From: an uncultured Alphaproteobacteria bacterium
GTDB taxonomy: Bacteria; Pseudomonadota; Alphaproteobacteria; Rhizobiales; Hyphomicrobiaceae
NCBI GenBank assembly: GCA_963741545.1
Contig: CAVUIN010000018.1
Location: 70,867 to 134,866, forward strand
DNA: 64,000 nucleotides
Direction of reading: 5' to 3'
The notes beneath the pieces were generated by a model that saw only the letters and a list, made by a program, of their open reading frames with translations, had not been told where the DNA came from and did not search any database. How positions within the stretch are numbered: position 1 is the stretch's first letter; each line of letters starts with the position of its first letter. Of this stretch, positions 63,300 to 64,000 are shown piece by piece. A program made the translations under genes and the position numbers.

Positions 63300-63710
63300 A
63301 TGACGTTCGTAAATACAAAGACCCTGGCAGTTCTCGCTCTTGCGGGACTTGGAGCCATGCACGGCGCTATGCCCGTGCGCTCTGGCGACGCGGATATCGG
63401 CGGGAAAGTTCTTGCCGAACGCATGGGAGCGACGTTCGAAGTCGGCACTAAGAAAGCCGTAGCCTATTATCAAGGCGATCGCGGCGCCTGCAACGTGACC
63501 GTATTGGTGTCCGAGACGTACAGCGAGCAATTGCCTTATCGCTTCGCAACTGTGCGCTTTAACACCCATGTGGCAGCTGGCACGATGGCGCAACTCGATA
63601 CGTCGGATGGCGCATCATTGGCTCTCACGTGTGCCGCCGGGGCTAAATCCTTGCTGGTCGCGCCCATCGACCGCGTGGCGTACCAAGCCCAGCCGCGCGC
63701 GACGAACTAA
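63300..63710 (+). CDS. Secreted hypothetical protein
   Basis: RBS AGGAGG, signal peptide, two Cys; hairpin with T-run downstream. Confidence 0.75.
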   Translation: MTFVNTKTLAVLALAGLGAMHGAMPVRSGDADIGGKVLAERMGATFEVGTKKAVAYYQGDRGACNVTVLVSETYSEQLPYRFATVRFNTHVAAGTMAQLDTSDGASLALTCAAGAKSLLVAPIDRVAYQAQPRATN

Positions 63711-64000
63711 TCGGCCACTGGCTCGAGTTTATTCATTGTGAGTGGGGGGCGCCTGAGGGGGCTCCCCATTTTGCGTTTTGTCACCAAAGCAAGTGACTGA
63801 GTGGTGCGAATCTCTGGTGCCCAGTCTACCAATGCTGCGACGCAGCAAAAACACTAAACTAGGTACCCTTCACGCCCAAATACGAGGGCGCTACAAGTCG
63901 GGAGGCAGCGGCAAGTTGCCTCCCTTTTTCGTGGTTAAATGCCTATAAAACATAACATTTCTTGGCCAACCAATGGGTTGGCTATTTGGCTCTCAGATTG

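Overview
GC-rich alphaproteobacterial chromosome segment, probably Hyphomicrobiales/Hyphomicrobium-like (inferred from cckA, CtrA/FixK/LexA-type boxes, PqqA and gene order). The core genes are moeA, moaC, trpC/D/G/E, prfC, surA/ppiD, tpiA, cckA, dksA, recA, alaS, icd, a trmJ-like gene, rpsD, grxD, bolA and purL. Accessory genes include an RTX protein, an Fe-S photolyase, a papain-like protease with a chagasin-like inhibitor, DUF1326/DUF2182, pqiA, an amidohydrolase and an orphan pqqA. Many genes, several of them normally essential, carry small frameshifts, most likely long-read consensus errors. The most unusual signal is a set of three ~450-520 bp cassettes in the dispersed trp-moa cluster, each bracketed by an inverted pair of the same CCCTCCCC..GGGGAGGG..GGGGTGGGG repeat. 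Two cassettes carry DUF559 endonucleases, and one of these is flanked by a 56-bp direct duplication of the trpD 5' end. The third has no recognisable gene but a dense train of hairpins (candidate ncRNA). Other leads are a CtrA-box sRNA candidate, a TrmJ with a Cys-cluster N-terminal fusion, a Trp-rich membrane protein inside the trp cluster, and a self-complementary insertion in purL. No rRNA, tRNA, CRISPR array or transposase was recognised.
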